Origin: a virus
Length of the DNA: 64,000 bases
IMG/VR virus record: IMGVR_UViG_3300049893_001613
Coordinates: 1-64,000 of that record
Reading direction: 5' to 3' (one strand)
The notes under the pieces are model-generated. The model was not told the origin of the DNA and searched no databases. It was given only the letters and a program-made list of their open reading frames with translations. The position numbers and the translations under genes are program-made. Shown piece after piece: positions 32,977-44,180 of the stretch (its first letter is position 1; every line of letters begins with the position of its first letter).

Positions 32977-34188
32977 ATGAGCCGTTATTCAAAAAACCTT
33001 TCAGGTGTAAGTACAAAAGTCATGGTAGGAACAGCAACCTACACAGATGACACAACCTTTGCTGCATTCGTTGCGAACGCACCAGATGGTGAAATGGGTG
33101 TCTTCTTAGACACCGGAGCAGTAAGAACTGCTGCATTAACCTCAGCTGTAAACAAATTCTTCATTGCCCAGAAGCGTGACGGATTCGTAAACAAAACTCC
33201 TATCTTAGACTTCAACGACATCGTTCGTAAAGTTCAGGTAGACTACGTAGCACCTGTGAAGCAAATATCCTACATTGGATACATTGGCTCAGGATCATTA
33301 GATCTTGGATTCAACTTCGCTTCTGCTACATCAACAAACACATTAACTTACGGTATCACTTGCCGTGAGACAACTCCGGGTAACCAACCATTCCCGGTAC
33401 AAGAAGGATACGCTACAGTAAACAGCTCAACAGCTGACGAATATACTGTACTTGCGTCTATCGTATCTCAGCTGAATGGTGACTTTGATTATCAAAGAAC
33501 AATGCCAGATCGTTTCGTAAAAGCAGAAATCGTTTCTAACGGTGCTCTTACTGAACTAACTGCAAACCCAACCTTAACCAACGGTTCAGTTACAGTAACA
33601 TTTTCTGCTAACCAAACTATTGCAACAGGTACATTACTTTCCTTTCAAGGAATAATTTACAAAGTAGCAGTGGGAGTTACAGCAGGTACAAGTTTAACGC
33701 TTGACCGCCCTTACCAGGGAGCTACTGAAACTATTGACGTGTCAGCTACTGTTGACCTTGCAGCTTCTATGGCATACACTTCAGGAACCAACAAATTTGG
33801 TGTTAAGTTAACCGCACTTGAGTACGAAACTCACTTCAAAGTAATTGGAGCTGCAGGTAACTCACTTGATACAGTAACTTTGTCAACAGCATGGAAACTT
33901 GGCTCAGGAGCTGGTACTCAAATTGCAGAACTTGAAGCAACAGAAGGCGCAATCTTCGATGGTGTTGGTGGAACATTAAACGCTCCATTCAAAGCAGACT
34001 ACGGTCAGCCTGAATTGATTGCAAGTACTTCAGGTACATATCATCAGATCTTCTTAGATCTTGCAGTGAAGAACGTTCCAAGCGCTGACCCTGTTCACGC
34101 AGAACAAAAACAAATGCAAAGAATTCTAATTGCTGCACCAAGCTCAGGTACACTTGAATCTACTTTAGGTACAGTATTCGGGGTATAA
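32977..34188 (+). CDS. Abundant structural protein (auxiliary capsid-like)
   Basis: MCP-like codon bias, Thr/Ala-rich, followed by a strong terminator. Confidence 0.65.
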   Translation: MSRYSKNLSGVSTKVMVGTATYTDDTTFAAFVANAPDGEMGVFLDTGAVRTAALTSAVNKFFIAQKRDGFVNKTPILDFNDIVRKVQVDYVAPVKQISYIGYIGSGSLDLGFNFASATSTNTLTYGITCRETTPGNQPFPVQEGYATVNSSTADEYTVLASIVSQLNGDFDYQRTMPDRFVKAEIVSNGALTELTANPTLTNGSVTVTFSANQTIATGTLLSFQGIIYKVAVGVTAGTSLTLDRPYQGATETIDVSATVDLAASMAYTSGTNKFGVKLTALEYETHFKVIGAAGNSLDTVTLSTAWKLGSGAGTQIAELEATEGAIFDGVGGTLNAPFKADYGQPELIASTSGTYHQIFLDLAVKNVPSADPVHAEQKQMQRILIAAPSSGTLESTLGTVFGV

Positions 34189-34206
34189 TTTTATTCTGAC
34201 ATAATA

Positions 34207-34251
34207 AAACCCTTGTAGTAGAGCACAATGCTATTACAAGGGTTTATTTTT
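34207..34251 (+). terminator. Intrinsic terminator
   Basis: AAACCCTTGTAGTAG/CTATTACAAGGGTTT plus T run. Confidence 0.8.
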
Positions 34252-34264
34252 AAATGACACTGAA

Positions 34265-34975
34265 ATGGCACTTACTGCAGATTTAGTTAGACAAACAATT
34301 ACCGCCCCGGGAACAACTAGTATCTGGGACGATGAAACAATATACAATACTGGAGGTAATCCTGCTCGTAACGAAGTAGCTCTTTACCTAACAGCTTATA
34401 AAGTTGATGAGGATCTAGTTGAGACTGCATTAGATGTCACAGCGTTTGATCCTGAAGTAGTTACAAGCTTCACAACAACCAATGACATTGACGGCTGGCA
34501 CAAGTACTATTTTGTAATAGTAGACAACTGGGACGCCCTTGTTACTTACAACAAATACGATGTAGTTTGGGATACAACTGAAAACGCGTTCTTCCAATAC
34601 ATCAATGATACTCCGGCCGATACTAACCCGGTTTCTGACGCTAATTACTGGGAGTCTGTAGCAGATCCATGTGCTTTGATCGCGAACGTAGGCACCGCTA
34701 CAGAATCCGGTAATCTTATTTACCAGGTGATTAACAAGATCGTATCTTTTCAGACTTCTATCTGTTACATTAAAGCAGCTTCAAAACACGCTAAACAAAA
34801 CTGTGCAGGAGCTGATTGCGGTTGTGGTTCTAAAATAGGGAGAATCTTTCATAAACTGAGAGATCTCTTCAACAGCTTACCTCTTAATGAATCTCAGGGC
34901 CAGTTCCTGGAAGGGGAAAGAAACGCAAGGTTAGCCGAGAAATGGTGTGACGATTGCGAACATTTACAAGAATAA
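34265..34975 (+). CDS. Tail hub-like structural protein
   Basis: Synteny; Cys-rich helical C-terminus. Confidence 0.55.
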   Translation: MALTADLVRQTITAPGTTSIWDDETIYNTGGNPARNEVALYLTAYKVDEDLVETALDVTAFDPEVVTSFTTTNDIDGWHKYYFVIVDNWDALVTYNKYDVVWDTTENAFFQYINDTPADTNPVSDANYWESVADPCALIANVGTATESGNLIYQVINKIVSFQTSICYIKAASKHAKQNCAGADCGCGSKIGRIFHKLRDLFNSLPLNESQGQFLEGERNARLAEKWCDDCEHLQE

Positions 34976-34988
34976 CCTTTAAGTAAAC

Positions 34989-36593
34989 ATGATTGATGTA
35001 AGAAAAGACAGTATCATCTACCAATCACAAGTTTACTACACGGACCTGATTAACGAGCTCGTAGAAAAAAGGAAAGTTGGTAAAGCGAATGAGAAGAGTT
35101 GGGAGAAAGCAGATACCATTTCTGGTTATCTCGATGCTCTTAACTACATAGATGTATTAGAAGATGACGATGACATCACGAATGTAAATTACATTCTTGA
35201 GTGTCTTATTATTCTTTGTGAGCTTAACCAATATCCGGTATCAGCTCCAATAGAATTCCAAGCTCCTCCAGCAGTATTAGTTGGTGTACAGGGAGAACCT
35301 GGTACAAGCGTTACTGGTCCTCAGGGCCCAGCAGGTCTCGCCACAGACTTCCAGGTAAGTTTAGTAACAACACCTACTGTAGTTGATTCTTTTGACCTTG
35401 TAGATGCCAAAGGAGCTCGCTGGGATTACGTTATCCTTAGTGATGATGGTTATCAGCGTGCAGGTAGTGTAATAGGTACCTGGCTTGATGACGGTTCAGA
35501 CCTGGCTTGGTTTGACACCTCCACAGGTGACATTGCAGGAGATACAGACCCTCTGTCATTCTCCGTAGAATTCCTAATTGATGAAATAAGATTAGTAGCT
35601 ACTCCAGCTTCAGGAACATGGACAGTAATAGGTACCCGATACTTCATACCAAATAACGGTAATGGTTCAGGTCCTATAGGAGATGTTCTTGCAAATGGTA
35701 AAGTATACATTGGTAATGCTTCCAACGTAGCAACTGCACAAACAATCTCAGGTGATATTACAATCACTAATGTTGGAGTTGCTACCATTGCTAACAGTGC
35801 TGTCACAAATGTGAAAGTAGATGCAGCTGCAGGAATAGAATTAACCAAGCTTGAAGCTCTCGTAGGAGGATATGTTACAGTAACAGACATCTCAGGATTT
35901 ATCTCTGAAAGTATTGTTACTACAGCAGAATTAGAATCACTATCTGGAATAGCCGGTAATGTACAAGACGAACTTGATTTAAAGATTACAGATCCTACTA
36001 CAACAGTAGGTGATATCATTATCCGCGATGCTGGTAATAACCTTACCAGATTAGGAATAGGTACTGCGGGACAGGTTCTTACAGTTGCTGGAGGTGCCCC
36101 TTCATGGGCAGCAGTTCCAGGTGGTATAACCGGGTTGACAACTCACTACTTACCAAAAGCTACTTCCGCTACTACAATAGGAAACAGCTTACTTGTTGAA
36201 ACAGGTTCAGCAATTTCTACTACTGGTACACTTGAAGCTCAGTCTGGTATGCGTACAGCATCTACCGGACCTTACTTAAGAACAAAAGTAATCGATATAG
36301 ATGAGTGGGATATGGATAGTATCCTATATAACCCTCACTCAGTCTCTCATGGGTTGGATTATACTAAGATCCGCTCCATCTCAGTAATCGTAAGAGCTGA
36401 TTCAAACGTACCAAACGTACCTCATTATGACCTAACCTATGCTGACACAAGCGGTGTGGCCCAAGGTAGATTTACGTATGGAAGTACTTCAGTATTCTTA
36501 TACCGTACTACAGGAGGTACTTTTGATAGTACAGACTTTAATGATAATACCTCTTACAACAGAGGTTGGATAACAATAGTTTACGAGGCATAA
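34989..36593 (+). CDS. Tail fibre/hub protein
   Basis: Short collagen-like GxY stretch; fibre repeats IGNASNVATAQTISGDITI and RLGIGTAGQVL. Confidence 0.75.
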   Translation: MIDVRKDSIIYQSQVYYTDLINELVEKRKVGKANEKSWEKADTISGYLDALNYIDVLEDDDDITNVNYILECLIILCELNQYPVSAPIEFQAPPAVLVGVQGEPGTSVTGPQGPAGLATDFQVSLVTTPTVVDSFDLVDAKGARWDYVILSDDGYQRAGSVIGTWLDDGSDLAWFDTSTGDIAGDTDPLSFSVEFLIDEIRLVATPASGTWTVIGTRYFIPNNGNGSGPIGDVLANGKVYIGNASNVATAQTISGDITITNVGVATIANSAVTNVKVDAAAGIELTKLEALVGGYVTVTDISGFISESIVTTAELESLSGIAGNVQDELDLKITDPTTTVGDIIIRDAGNNLTRLGIGTAGQVLTVAGGAPSWAAVPGGITGLTTHYLPKATSATTIGNSLLVETGSAISTTGTLEAQSGMRTASTGPYLRTKVIDIDEWDMDSILYNPHSVSHGLDYTKIRSISVIVRADSNVPNVPHYDLTYADTSGVAQGRFTYGSTSVFLYRTTGGTFDSTDFNDNTSYNRGWITIVYEA

Positions 36594-38986
36594 TGGCAAA
36601 CGATATAGTAATTAGAGGTGGTATAAAAGTAGTCAGTAACCTTGCCTTAGGTACAGGAGATGATTTACTTACAAGAAACTCAACTACAAAAGAAGTTGGG
36701 TACGTACCTGCTATCGATGATAGTAACTTCTTAACCACTGCTTTACCAAGTACATATGTAATTGTAGGTAATGCTTCAAATATAGCTACAGCAGTCCAGA
36801 TGACCGGTGATGTTACAATCACTGACTTAGGAGTAACTTCTATTGCAGCTAATGTTATTACAAACAACAACATTAACTCAGCGGCTGCGATTCAATATTC
36901 AAAACTGAATCTCACAGCTGGTATTCTTAACAGTGATATATCAAACGCTGCAGCTATTACAAGAACAAAGCTTGCAGACGGTAACCCTGATGTGTTGTTA
37001 ATCAACAACAGTTTAGGTGAGATATCAGAAGCTACTGCTATTACACCTAATATGGTGTTAGTATCTGATCCAGACGGTATTCCAGTGGCAAGTGGGGTGT
37101 CTTCAACTGTAATAGAATTTCTTGATATTAGTTCGTCACTACAAACTACTTTGGATGACAAACTTCAATTTGATTCAGCAATAACTCCCGCAGAAGGAGA
37201 TATTATAGTATACAGTTCAGGAGCATGGACCGCATTAAACGTTGGAGCAGAAGGTGAAGTTCTTGCTATTACATCCGGTGTACCAGCTTGGACTACAGGT
37301 ACTTCAAATGGTCTTCCTTCTGGAGGAACTGCAGCCCAGATCTTAACTAAGATAGATGGAGTAGACTACAATACTCAATGGGTGGATTTAACTCTGTCTC
37401 TGATAACAGATGTAACAGCCAGCGCTGCAGAAGTAAATCTTCTTGATGGGGCTACTTTCACAGCAGCTGAATTAAATTTCATTACCGGAGCTTCATCAAA
37501 TCTACAAGCTCAGTTAAATAACAAACTAGCAGCTACGTTGCCACACAACGCTATGTTTGTTGGTAATACTTCAAATGTGCCAGCAGCATTATCTGGAGGT
37601 ACAAACGGACAGGTACTACAGATTGTTGGTGGAACTCCTGTGTGGCAGACAATTACTGGTACTGGTACTGTAACATCTATCGATGTATCCGGTGGTACAA
37701 CAGGTCTTTCCTTTACTGGTGGCCCTATATCTACTTCTGGTACTATAACACTAAGCGGTACATTAGATGCTGATAATGGTGGTACAGGACAGTCATCTTA
37801 CACAATTGGTGACATCTTATATGCAAGTACAACAACCGCATTAAGTAAACTTGGAATTGGAACCGCAGGTCAAGTACTACAAATGTCCGGTGGTCTTCCT
37901 ACATGGCAGACAATCACTACAATTACTGACGGTGACAAAGGAGATGTTACAATTTCTGGAACCGGTACCGTGTATACAGTAGATGTTGATATTGCTAAGG
38001 CATGGACCGGAGCACAATCATGGAGAGATAACAACTGGAGCTTACTGGATAACTCAGATACTTCTAAGATCTTAAACTTCCAGTTATCTTCAATCACAAC
38101 GGCTACAACCCGTACACTAACAATTCCAGACCAGAATGGTACTATTGCAGTACTTACTGACCTGAGACAAAACATTGTCTACACTTCAAAAACAGCTCAT
38201 GGATTTGTAGTAGAAGACGCAGTAAAAGTAGGAACTACAGCAACAGATTGGAGTTTAGTTGATGGTACTGTAGATACTCAGGAAGACTTCCGTGGTATAG
38301 TTGTAGAAGTAATAGATGCTGACAACTTTGTAGTAGCCCTACCAGGATCCCGGGTAACTGGCTTATCCGGATTAACCCCTGGAGCTACTTACTACGCTCA
38401 GTCTGATGGTAGTTTAAACACTTCTGTAACACTTGTAAAAGTGTTATATGCAGATACTGCTACAACCGGTTACATGTTCGCTGGCGGGGGTTCGGGGGCT
38501 GGAGGCCACACAATCCAGTGGGACGATTATAGCTTCGCAGCAAGAACAAATTTAAACTTTGTAGGAAATTATGTAGAAGTTACGGATGATGCTGGTAATG
38601 ATCAAACAGATGTAGAAATTATAGCCAGAGGTCAAGTAGGTGCTAACTTTGATGGTCAGGGTTCAGTAGTTCTTGTTAATAGCAGAACTTACTTTAGAAC
38701 ACCAAGAGCTGGTTCAATTTCAGCCTGGTCAATTGTCGCTGAAGGAACGTCTCCTACATGTACAATAGATATTTGGAAAGTAGCTACGGGTACAACGCTA
38801 CCTACAGTAGCAAATACAATAATGGGTACTAAACCAGCCCTTGCAACAGGTAACGCACTTCGTTCAACAACCTTCACAGGTTGGAGCACAACAACATTTG
38901 CAGCTAATGATATCTGGTGTATAAACATCGATGCCTGTTCAGCAGCAACCAAAATAAGCTTTTATTTAGAAGTAACATTTGATTAA
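36593..38986 (+). CDS. Long tail fibre protein
   Basis: Gly/Thr-rich fibre repeats (GTVTSIDVSGGTTG, GGTGQSSY..GDILYA); start set at MANDIV. Confidence 0.8.
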   Translation: MANDIVIRGGIKVVSNLALGTGDDLLTRNSTTKEVGYVPAIDDSNFLTTALPSTYVIVGNASNIATAVQMTGDVTITDLGVTSIAANVITNNNINSAAAIQYSKLNLTAGILNSDISNAAAITRTKLADGNPDVLLINNSLGEISEATAITPNMVLVSDPDGIPVASGVSSTVIEFLDISSSLQTTLDDKLQFDSAITPAEGDIIVYSSGAWTALNVGAEGEVLAITSGVPAWTTGTSNGLPSGGTAAQILTKIDGVDYNTQWVDLTLSLITDVTASAAEVNLLDGATFTAAELNFITGASSNLQAQLNNKLAATLPHNAMFVGNTSNVPAALSGGTNGQVLQIVGGTPVWQTITGTGTVTSIDVSGGTTGLSFTGGPISTSGTITLSGTLDADNGGTGQSSYTIGDILYASTTTALSKLGIGTAGQVLQMSGGLPTWQTITTITDGDKGDVTISGTGTVYTVDVDIAKAWTGAQSWRDNNWSLLDNSDTSKILNFQLSSITTATTRTLTIPDQNGTIAVLTDLRQNIVYTSKTAHGFVVEDAVKVGTTATDWSLVDGTVDTQEDFRGIVVEVIDADNFVVALPGSRVTGLSGLTPGATYYAQSDGSLNTSVTLVKVLYADTATTGYMFAGGGSGAGGHTIQWDDYSFAARTNLNFVGNYVEVTDDAGNDQTDVEIIARGQVGANFDGQGSVVLVNSRTYFRTPRAGSISAWSIVAEGTSPTCTIDIWKVATGTTLPTVANTIMGTKPALATGNALRSTTFTGWSTTTFAANDIWCINIDACSAATKISFYLEVTFD

Positions 38987-38991
38987 CAACT

Positions 38992-39138
38992 ATGAAACCA
39001 CTATTTTGCCCAGTTTGTCACAAACCGGTTGAAGTACCTGAGTTCGTGAAAGAAAACCAACATTCTATTAAAACAGAAAAAGGAGTTAAAGTAGAGTGTC
39101 CTCATTGTAAACGAGGAAAAGTAAAGTATGCACCATGA
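38992..39138 (+). CDS. 48-aa zinc-ribbon protein
   Basis: Not in track; CPVC...CPHC; ATGA-coupled to the next gene. Confidence 0.65.
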   Translation: MKPLFCPVCHKPVEVPEFVKENQHSIKTEKGVKVECPHCKRGKVKYAP

Positions 39139-39719
39139 TAGTACAATTCGAAATATTAGATACTGAAGCTAACAGAATACTGGCAGTATTACCTTCTATT
39201 GGGTTTGTTTATGATGCTGCTTCTGCAGTATCAGAAACTCAACAGAAGTGGGATTTCTTCGTGCAAAAAACACTTGATGGTTGGGATAGCGAGGTATTCA
39301 ATTACGAAAGGTCTTTAGCTATTGCTGATGAGCCTAATGACACAGCAGCAGAACAAGCAACCAGATACGTGATGGTGAAAGATACTATTAGACACGATCA
39401 TGAAAAAGACTGGGTTGCTAATGAAGAATTAAAGATAGGACAAGTAAGACTTTCAGCTGGTAAACGGTATATAGTAGTACAAGATCACACAACACAAGTT
39501 GGGTGGGAGCCTGCTAATGTACCAGCTTTGTTTGTTGAGAAACCACTTCCAAATGATGGTGAATTATATCCTGACTGGATACAACCAACAGGAGCACACG
39601 ATGCATATAAGATAGGGGACAAAGTACACTATGTACCAACAGATAAGAACTACGAGAGTTTAATAAATGCAAACGTATGGAGTCCGGAGGTTTACCCTGC
39701 TGGATGGAAAGAAATTTAA
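39135..39719 (+). CDS. Protein with two CBM5/12-like carbohydrate-binding modules
   Basis: Y.VVQDHTTQ.GWEPANVPALF and WIQPTGAHDAYKIGDKV...WSPEVYPAGW. Confidence 0.75.
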   Translation: MIVQFEILDTEANRILAVLPSIGFVYDAASAVSETQQKWDFFVQKTLDGWDSEVFNYERSLAIADEPNDTAAEQATRYVMVKDTIRHDHEKDWVANEELKIGQVRLSAGKRYIVVQDHTTQVGWEPANVPALFVEKPLPNDGELYPDWIQPTGAHDAYKIGDKVHYVPTDKNYESLINANVWSPEVYPAGWKEI

Positions 39720-39722
39720 ACT

Positions 39723-40901
39723 ATGGCAGCAAGATATTGGGTAGGTGGAGGATCATCAGCAAACTGGAATGCAACTGGTAATACAAACTGGTCTGCAACT
39801 TCAGGAGGTGCTGGAAATGCGTCTGTACCAGGCGCTAGTGATGATGTTTACTTTGATGGGGCTGGTGCTAGTGGAAATACAGCTAGCACGGTGAGCGTTG
39901 GACTTACAATAAACACGCTAACATTTACAGCAGGTTATACAGTGAATGTCACTTGTAATGGGTCAATTCAAATTCAAGGAACCGTATTTACAGACAACTC
40001 AGCACACGGGTGGTCTGGCACTGGAAATATTCAATTTCTTGGTAGTATAACTGTAACTAGTAATGGAAAAATAATGCCATTACCGATTTTCTTGTCTACT
40101 CCAACTGGTACCCACACTATAACATTAGTTGGAGATTGGACATTAACTGGAAATTTTGCCATTGGTTCATTAGGAACTAAAATACTAAATAAAACTACCA
40201 CTGAAGTTTTGTACTTAGGTAACGGTCTAAACGGAACAGGGGGAGCAAGTGGTACGTTAGATATAGTACTAACGGGCGGGACTTGGAACGGAAGTGGTGC
40301 AATACTAGGGTGTAATTTAACATTACAAGGAAACATAACAGCATCTTCAACAATAGGTTTTGGCGGAGGTAAAACATTACTTTATTCTTCTGGAACTATT
40401 ACTACTACAGGTTCTACTATGACCCTGACTAGTTGTACTATAAACACACCAGGAATTACCTGGAATACATTACAAGTAGCTTCTCCAAACCAAACCTTTA
40501 CTCTATCCGCTTTATTACAAGCGACTAGATTTCAAAATAATGGAGATGGAGCCGCAGGTGTTATCTTTACTGGAACCTATGGGTTTACTGTTGCTACTTT
40601 TTCCTGGACTGTTCCTTCAGCAGCGACTATAAGTTTTAAAGAGAGTCTGACATACACAGTAACAACGTCTCTATCTTGTTTTTCAAGCAGAGTAGGAAGT
40701 ATTATAGTTTTTACGTCTGCTCATGCTTCAACCAAAGCAATTATAACTCTACAGAACGGAGCGTCATGTAATTGTCTTGCATCTTTTACAAGAATAGACG
40801 CGAGTGGAGGCAGGCCGATAAGAACATTTTTTGGAACAATAACAGATTGTGTTAACATCGAAAGATGTGATGATTTATTCACAGTAGCATCAGCAGCGTA
40901 A
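39723..40901 (+). CDS. Beta-solenoid virion/adhesin-like protein, paralog 1
   Basis: RYWVGG...NWSATSGGAG.ASVP..SDDVYFD start; Thr/Gly-rich beta repeats. Confidence 0.7.
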   Translation: MAARYWVGGGSSANWNATGNTNWSATSGGAGNASVPGASDDVYFDGAGASGNTASTVSVGLTINTLTFTAGYTVNVTCNGSIQIQGTVFTDNSAHGWSGTGNIQFLGSITVTSNGKIMPLPIFLSTPTGTHTITLVGDWTLTGNFAIGSLGTKILNKTTTEVLYLGNGLNGTGGASGTLDIVLTGGTWNGSGAILGCNLTLQGNITASSTIGFGGGKTLLYSSGTITTTGSTMTLTSCTINTPGITWNTLQVASPNQTFTLSALLQATRFQNNGDGAAGVIFTGTYGFTVATFSWTVPSAATISFKESLTYTVTTSLSCFSSRVGSIIVFTSAHASTKAIITLQNGASCNCLASFTRIDASGGRPIRTFFGTITDCVNIERCDDLFTVASAA

Positions 40902-40904
40902 GAT

Positions 40905-42044
40905 ATGGCCATAAATAGATTTACAAACGCAGCAGGAGGTAACACTTGGGGAACAGCGGGTAACTGGTCACAAGGAACTGTACCTACAGCTAATGATGGT
41001 CATGTAACTACATTTGACGCCACATCCCCCAACTGTACTGTAAACGCAAGCAACAGAGTTTGTAATAATATTGATTTCACTGGTTATACTAACACTATAA
41101 CTATGACATTTATAATTACTGTATCTGGTAATATTACTTTCAGTTCAGGAATGATTGTAGCTGGTAGTGCTGTAATGCAAGTAAATGCTACATCAACAAT
41201 GTCTGGTACTGGATGGACTAACGGTTTTACTGTTTCAGCAACTTGTACAATTACATTATCATCAAATGTTACGATAACGGGAACATTTACAGTTAATTTA
41301 AACGTAACAGCAACGGTAAACTGGACAACATCAGAGATACTAAGAATAGGTGGATTAACTCAATCTGGGTTAAATGCTGTACTTGGAGGCACAGCAGAAG
41401 TTAGATTAACAGGAGGAACATGGGTATGCTCTACATCTGGCGGTGTAATTGGTAGTAGAACTTTTGGTTTTGATGGCGCTGTTACAATTAACGGAACTTG
41501 TAATTTACCAAACGGATTTACTGGTACATTAAAATGGTATAGTGGCACATTACTTGTTTCAGGTTCAACAGTTCAAATTTCAGATTCTTGTACTATAGAT
41601 TTTGCTGGCGGTATTCTCGGTGGAGTAACTTTTTCGGGAAGCTCTAAAACATTTACCATTAATTCATTACTTACTTGTGCCACAATAACTTTTGGAGGCA
41701 CAACATCAAACATTATTGCAGGTACAGCAGGGTTTACTTGTGATACATTAAATTGTACTCAAGTAACAACACATACTGTTACACTAAAAGAGGCTATAAC
41801 CTATACCATAACAACTGCATTTAATTGCTATACATCAAGAGTTGGAGCAAGTGTTTTATTCACCTCTGCTCACGCATCAACAAAAGCAATTTTAACTTTA
41901 GTAAATCCATCATCATGCAATGTGCTGGCAAATTTTACCCGTATAGACGCAAGTGGGGGTAGGACTATTAACACCTTCAACGGAACATTGACCGATTGTA
42001 CGAACGTAAGGAGTTTTCATGACAGACAAACAGCCAACATATGA
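40905..42044 (+). CDS. Beta-solenoid virion/adhesin-like protein, paralog 2
   Basis: C-terminal FTSAHASTKA...FTRIDASGGR shared with paralog 1. Confidence 0.7.
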   Translation: MAINRFTNAAGGNTWGTAGNWSQGTVPTANDGHVTTFDATSPNCTVNASNRVCNNIDFTGYTNTITMTFIITVSGNITFSSGMIVAGSAVMQVNATSTMSGTGWTNGFTVSATCTITLSSNVTITGTFTVNLNVTATVNWTTSEILRIGGLTQSGLNAVLGGTAEVRLTGGTWVCSTSGGVIGSRTFGFDGAVTINGTCNLPNGFTGTLKWYSGTLLVSGSTVQISDSCTIDFAGGILGGVTFSGSSKTFTINSLLTCATITFGGTTSNIIAGTAGFTCDTLNCTQVTTHTVTLKEAITYTITTAFNCYTSRVGASVLFTSAHASTKAILTLVNPSSCNVLANFTRIDASGGRTINTFNGTLTDCTNVRSFHDRQTANI

Positions 42045-42406
42045 TACTTTGGTTAATTTACATACTACTTGACGCTGGGTTTAACTGGTGGTTAATTGAA
42101 AAGAAGAAGACGGAACCAGATTACCTCTGGTTAACAATTGGCCGGTGGTTCTTCATGATCCTTACCGGTATCAGTGTACCCATTGAGGATGAAGCAGGAT
42201 TAGGTCTTTGGGTATTATATACTTCTACAAGCTTCTGGATTTTCTTTGACCTGTTAATTAACTGGTTCCGGAAAAAACCAGTCTTCTATCGCGGAGAAAA
42301 CAGTAAGATTGACCAGTTTGGTAACAAGTTCCCAATTCCTTACTTTATACTCAAACTGGCAGCTTTGGGAGGGATGGCTGTAGCAATAATAAATTTACTC
42401 AAATAA
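42041..42406 (+). CDS. Multi-pass membrane protein
   Basis: Four hydrophobic segments. Confidence 0.7.
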   Translation: MILWLIYILLDAGFNWWLIEKKKTEPDYLWLTIGRWFFMILTGISVPIEDEAGLGLWVLYTSTSFWIFFDLLINWFRKKPVFYRGENSKIDQFGNKFPIPYFILKLAALGGMAVAIINLLK

Positions 42407-42456
42407 TTGCAAGATTCGGTAATAAGCTCTATATTGCGGGCTAATTTCAATAAACT

Positions 42457-42720
42457 ATGGAAAACACTATTAAATTAAGACCTCTACAGTTAGAACAACT
42501 AAGTAAGATCAGAGCTCAAAGAACACAACTGACAAAGACCCTCCAGGAAGCCGACCAGAGAGAAAAGGACTTATTGGCCTTATTCTTTGAAGAAGCTGGA
42601 ATTAAAGGAAATATAGGTGGTGTAGCCTTAAACGGTGACACCCTGAGTTTTACAGTACAGGTTCCGGAAGCAAAGCCAGTAAAAAAGTTAAAAGAGAAGA
42701 AAATTAAAGAGGTTGTCTAA
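42457..42720 (+). CDS. Hypothetical coiled-coil protein
   Basis: 87-aa ORF. Confidence 0.65.
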   Translation: MENTIKLRPLQLEQLSKIRAQRTQLTKTLQEADQREKDLLALFFEEAGIKGNIGGVALNGDTLSFTVQVPEAKPVKKLKEKKIKEVV

Positions 42721-43262
42721 TGTTCACGTTTACAAGAACCAACAATACTGTAAAAGTAGGAATAGACGTGGCGGGAAGTACAGATGATGTGATCTTCCTG
42801 TCACCAGCTTCCCTTGTTGGTACTCGTAACGGACAGATTTACATTAACCAGGGGAAAGAAGAACCTTTTTATCCAGTAGCAGGAGCTTTCATTGTATCAC
42901 CTTTGAGTGTGAATGGGAGACCGGCTGATGATGCGGTTACTGTAGCAGAATGGTTAATAGACACTTACTTCTACGGACCAGATTACCCAATTAGTGGGGG
43001 ATCTAGTTGGCCAGTAGACTACGCGACAAGTGGGTTACAAACCTCTCAATTAAGTGAAATACAAAGTATTGACACCAGATTAGAGACTCTGAACGATAAG
43101 ACAGCAAGTAATCTGGTAACTGAAGCCCACGACTCAAAAGAGTTCGTATACTATGGAAATGGTGATATTGATTATATCAGCTATAAACTAGGGGTAACAG
43201 AGGTAGCCCGAATAACATTTAATTATACAGGTGATGACCTGACTTCAATGGTAAAAACATAA
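42720..43262 (+). CDS. Putative structural protein
   Basis: 180 aa in tail module. Confidence 0.55.
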   Translation: MFTFTRTNNTVKVGIDVAGSTDDVIFLSPASLVGTRNGQIYINQGKEEPFYPVAGAFIVSPLSVNGRPADDAVTVAEWLIDTYFYGPDYPISGGSSWPVDYATSGLQTSQLSEIQSIDTRLETLNDKTASNLVTEAHDSKEFVYYGNGDIDYISYKLGVTEVARITFNYTGDDLTSMVKT

Positions 43263-43266
43263 TACT

Positions 43267-43527
43267 ATGTGGACAAGATTTAAAGCATGGATAAAAGACT
43301 TATTTGCGTCTAAAAAGACTGCCAGGTACGTAGTTGTAGCTTGTAAAAGTATGCCTAGTTTACTGGGTATGAGAACTATTGGTAAACCAGCTGTTAATAA
43401 ACCATCAATCTTTATAGGATCTAAAAATCAATATAGAACAATAAAACCAATTCAGATAATCTCACAGAATGGAGATTTAGAAATCTATACTGAACATCTT
43501 TTTTTAACAGTACAAAAAATCAAATAA
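43267..43527 (+). CDS. Hypothetical protein
   Basis: 86-aa ORF. Confidence 0.55.
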   Translation: MWTRFKAWIKDLFASKKTARYVVVACKSMPSLLGMRTIGKPAVNKPSIFIGSKNQYRTIKPIQIISQNGDLEIYTEHLFLTVQKIK

Positions 43528-43531
43528 TACA

Positions 43532-43972
43532 ATGAGTAAAGGTAATACTTTCGAGAATGATCTTCTCCAACTAATTTTCAACAATGTTGACATCGCTGAT
43601 ATAGGTGATGCTGGTGGTCTGCAAAATTCAGCGACTGCAGGTAGTTTATACGTAGCGCTACATACAGGTGATCCTGGTGAAGCTGGTACAGCTGCAACTT
43701 CAGAAGCTGCTTATGGCTCCTATGCCAGGGTAGCTGTTGCCAGATCTGGCGCAGGCTGGACCGTTGCAACAAACACAGCAACTAACTTTGCCTTGATTCA
43801 GTTTCCTGAATGTAGTTCAGGATCAGAAACTATCACACACGTTTCTATAACAACAGCTTCAAGTGGTGCCAGTAAGATCTTATACAGTGGAGCACTTACA
43901 GCTCCACGTGCTATCAGTGCTGGTATCCAACCACAGTTCGCTGCTTCAGCACTTACTGTAACAGAAGACTAA
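43532..43972 (+). CDS. Virion structural protein (tail-associated)
   Basis: MSKGNTFENDLL...LYVALHTGDPGEAG...YARVAVAR...LTVTED, a widespread phage family. Confidence 0.75.
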   Translation: MSKGNTFENDLLQLIFNNVDIADIGDAGGLQNSATAGSLYVALHTGDPGEAGTAATSEAAYGSYARVAVARSGAGWTVATNTATNFALIQFPECSSGSETITHVSITTASSGASKILYSGALTAPRAISAGIQPQFAASALTVTED

Positions 43973-43988
43973 ACTAACTAAATAAACT

Positions 43989-44180
43989 ATGTATAAATGC
44001 TCAAAATGTCATTTAGCAGTTATTGTCTTACCCGGCCAGGAGCCGATAAGAGCATGTAACTGTACTAAAGAAGATGGGACAAAAGCGACAATAATTGTAG
44101 ATATAAACTCTACTTTAGAAGGAACAAGCACAGCTGGAGTAGGAACTACCATCAGACAACCTAAAGTAACACTTGGATAA
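43989..44180 (+). CDS. Small Cys-rich protein
   Basis: CSKC...CNC. Confidence 0.6.
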   Translation: MYKCSKCHLAVIVLPGQEPIRACNCTKEDGTKATIIVDINSTLEGTSTAGVGTTIRQPKVTLG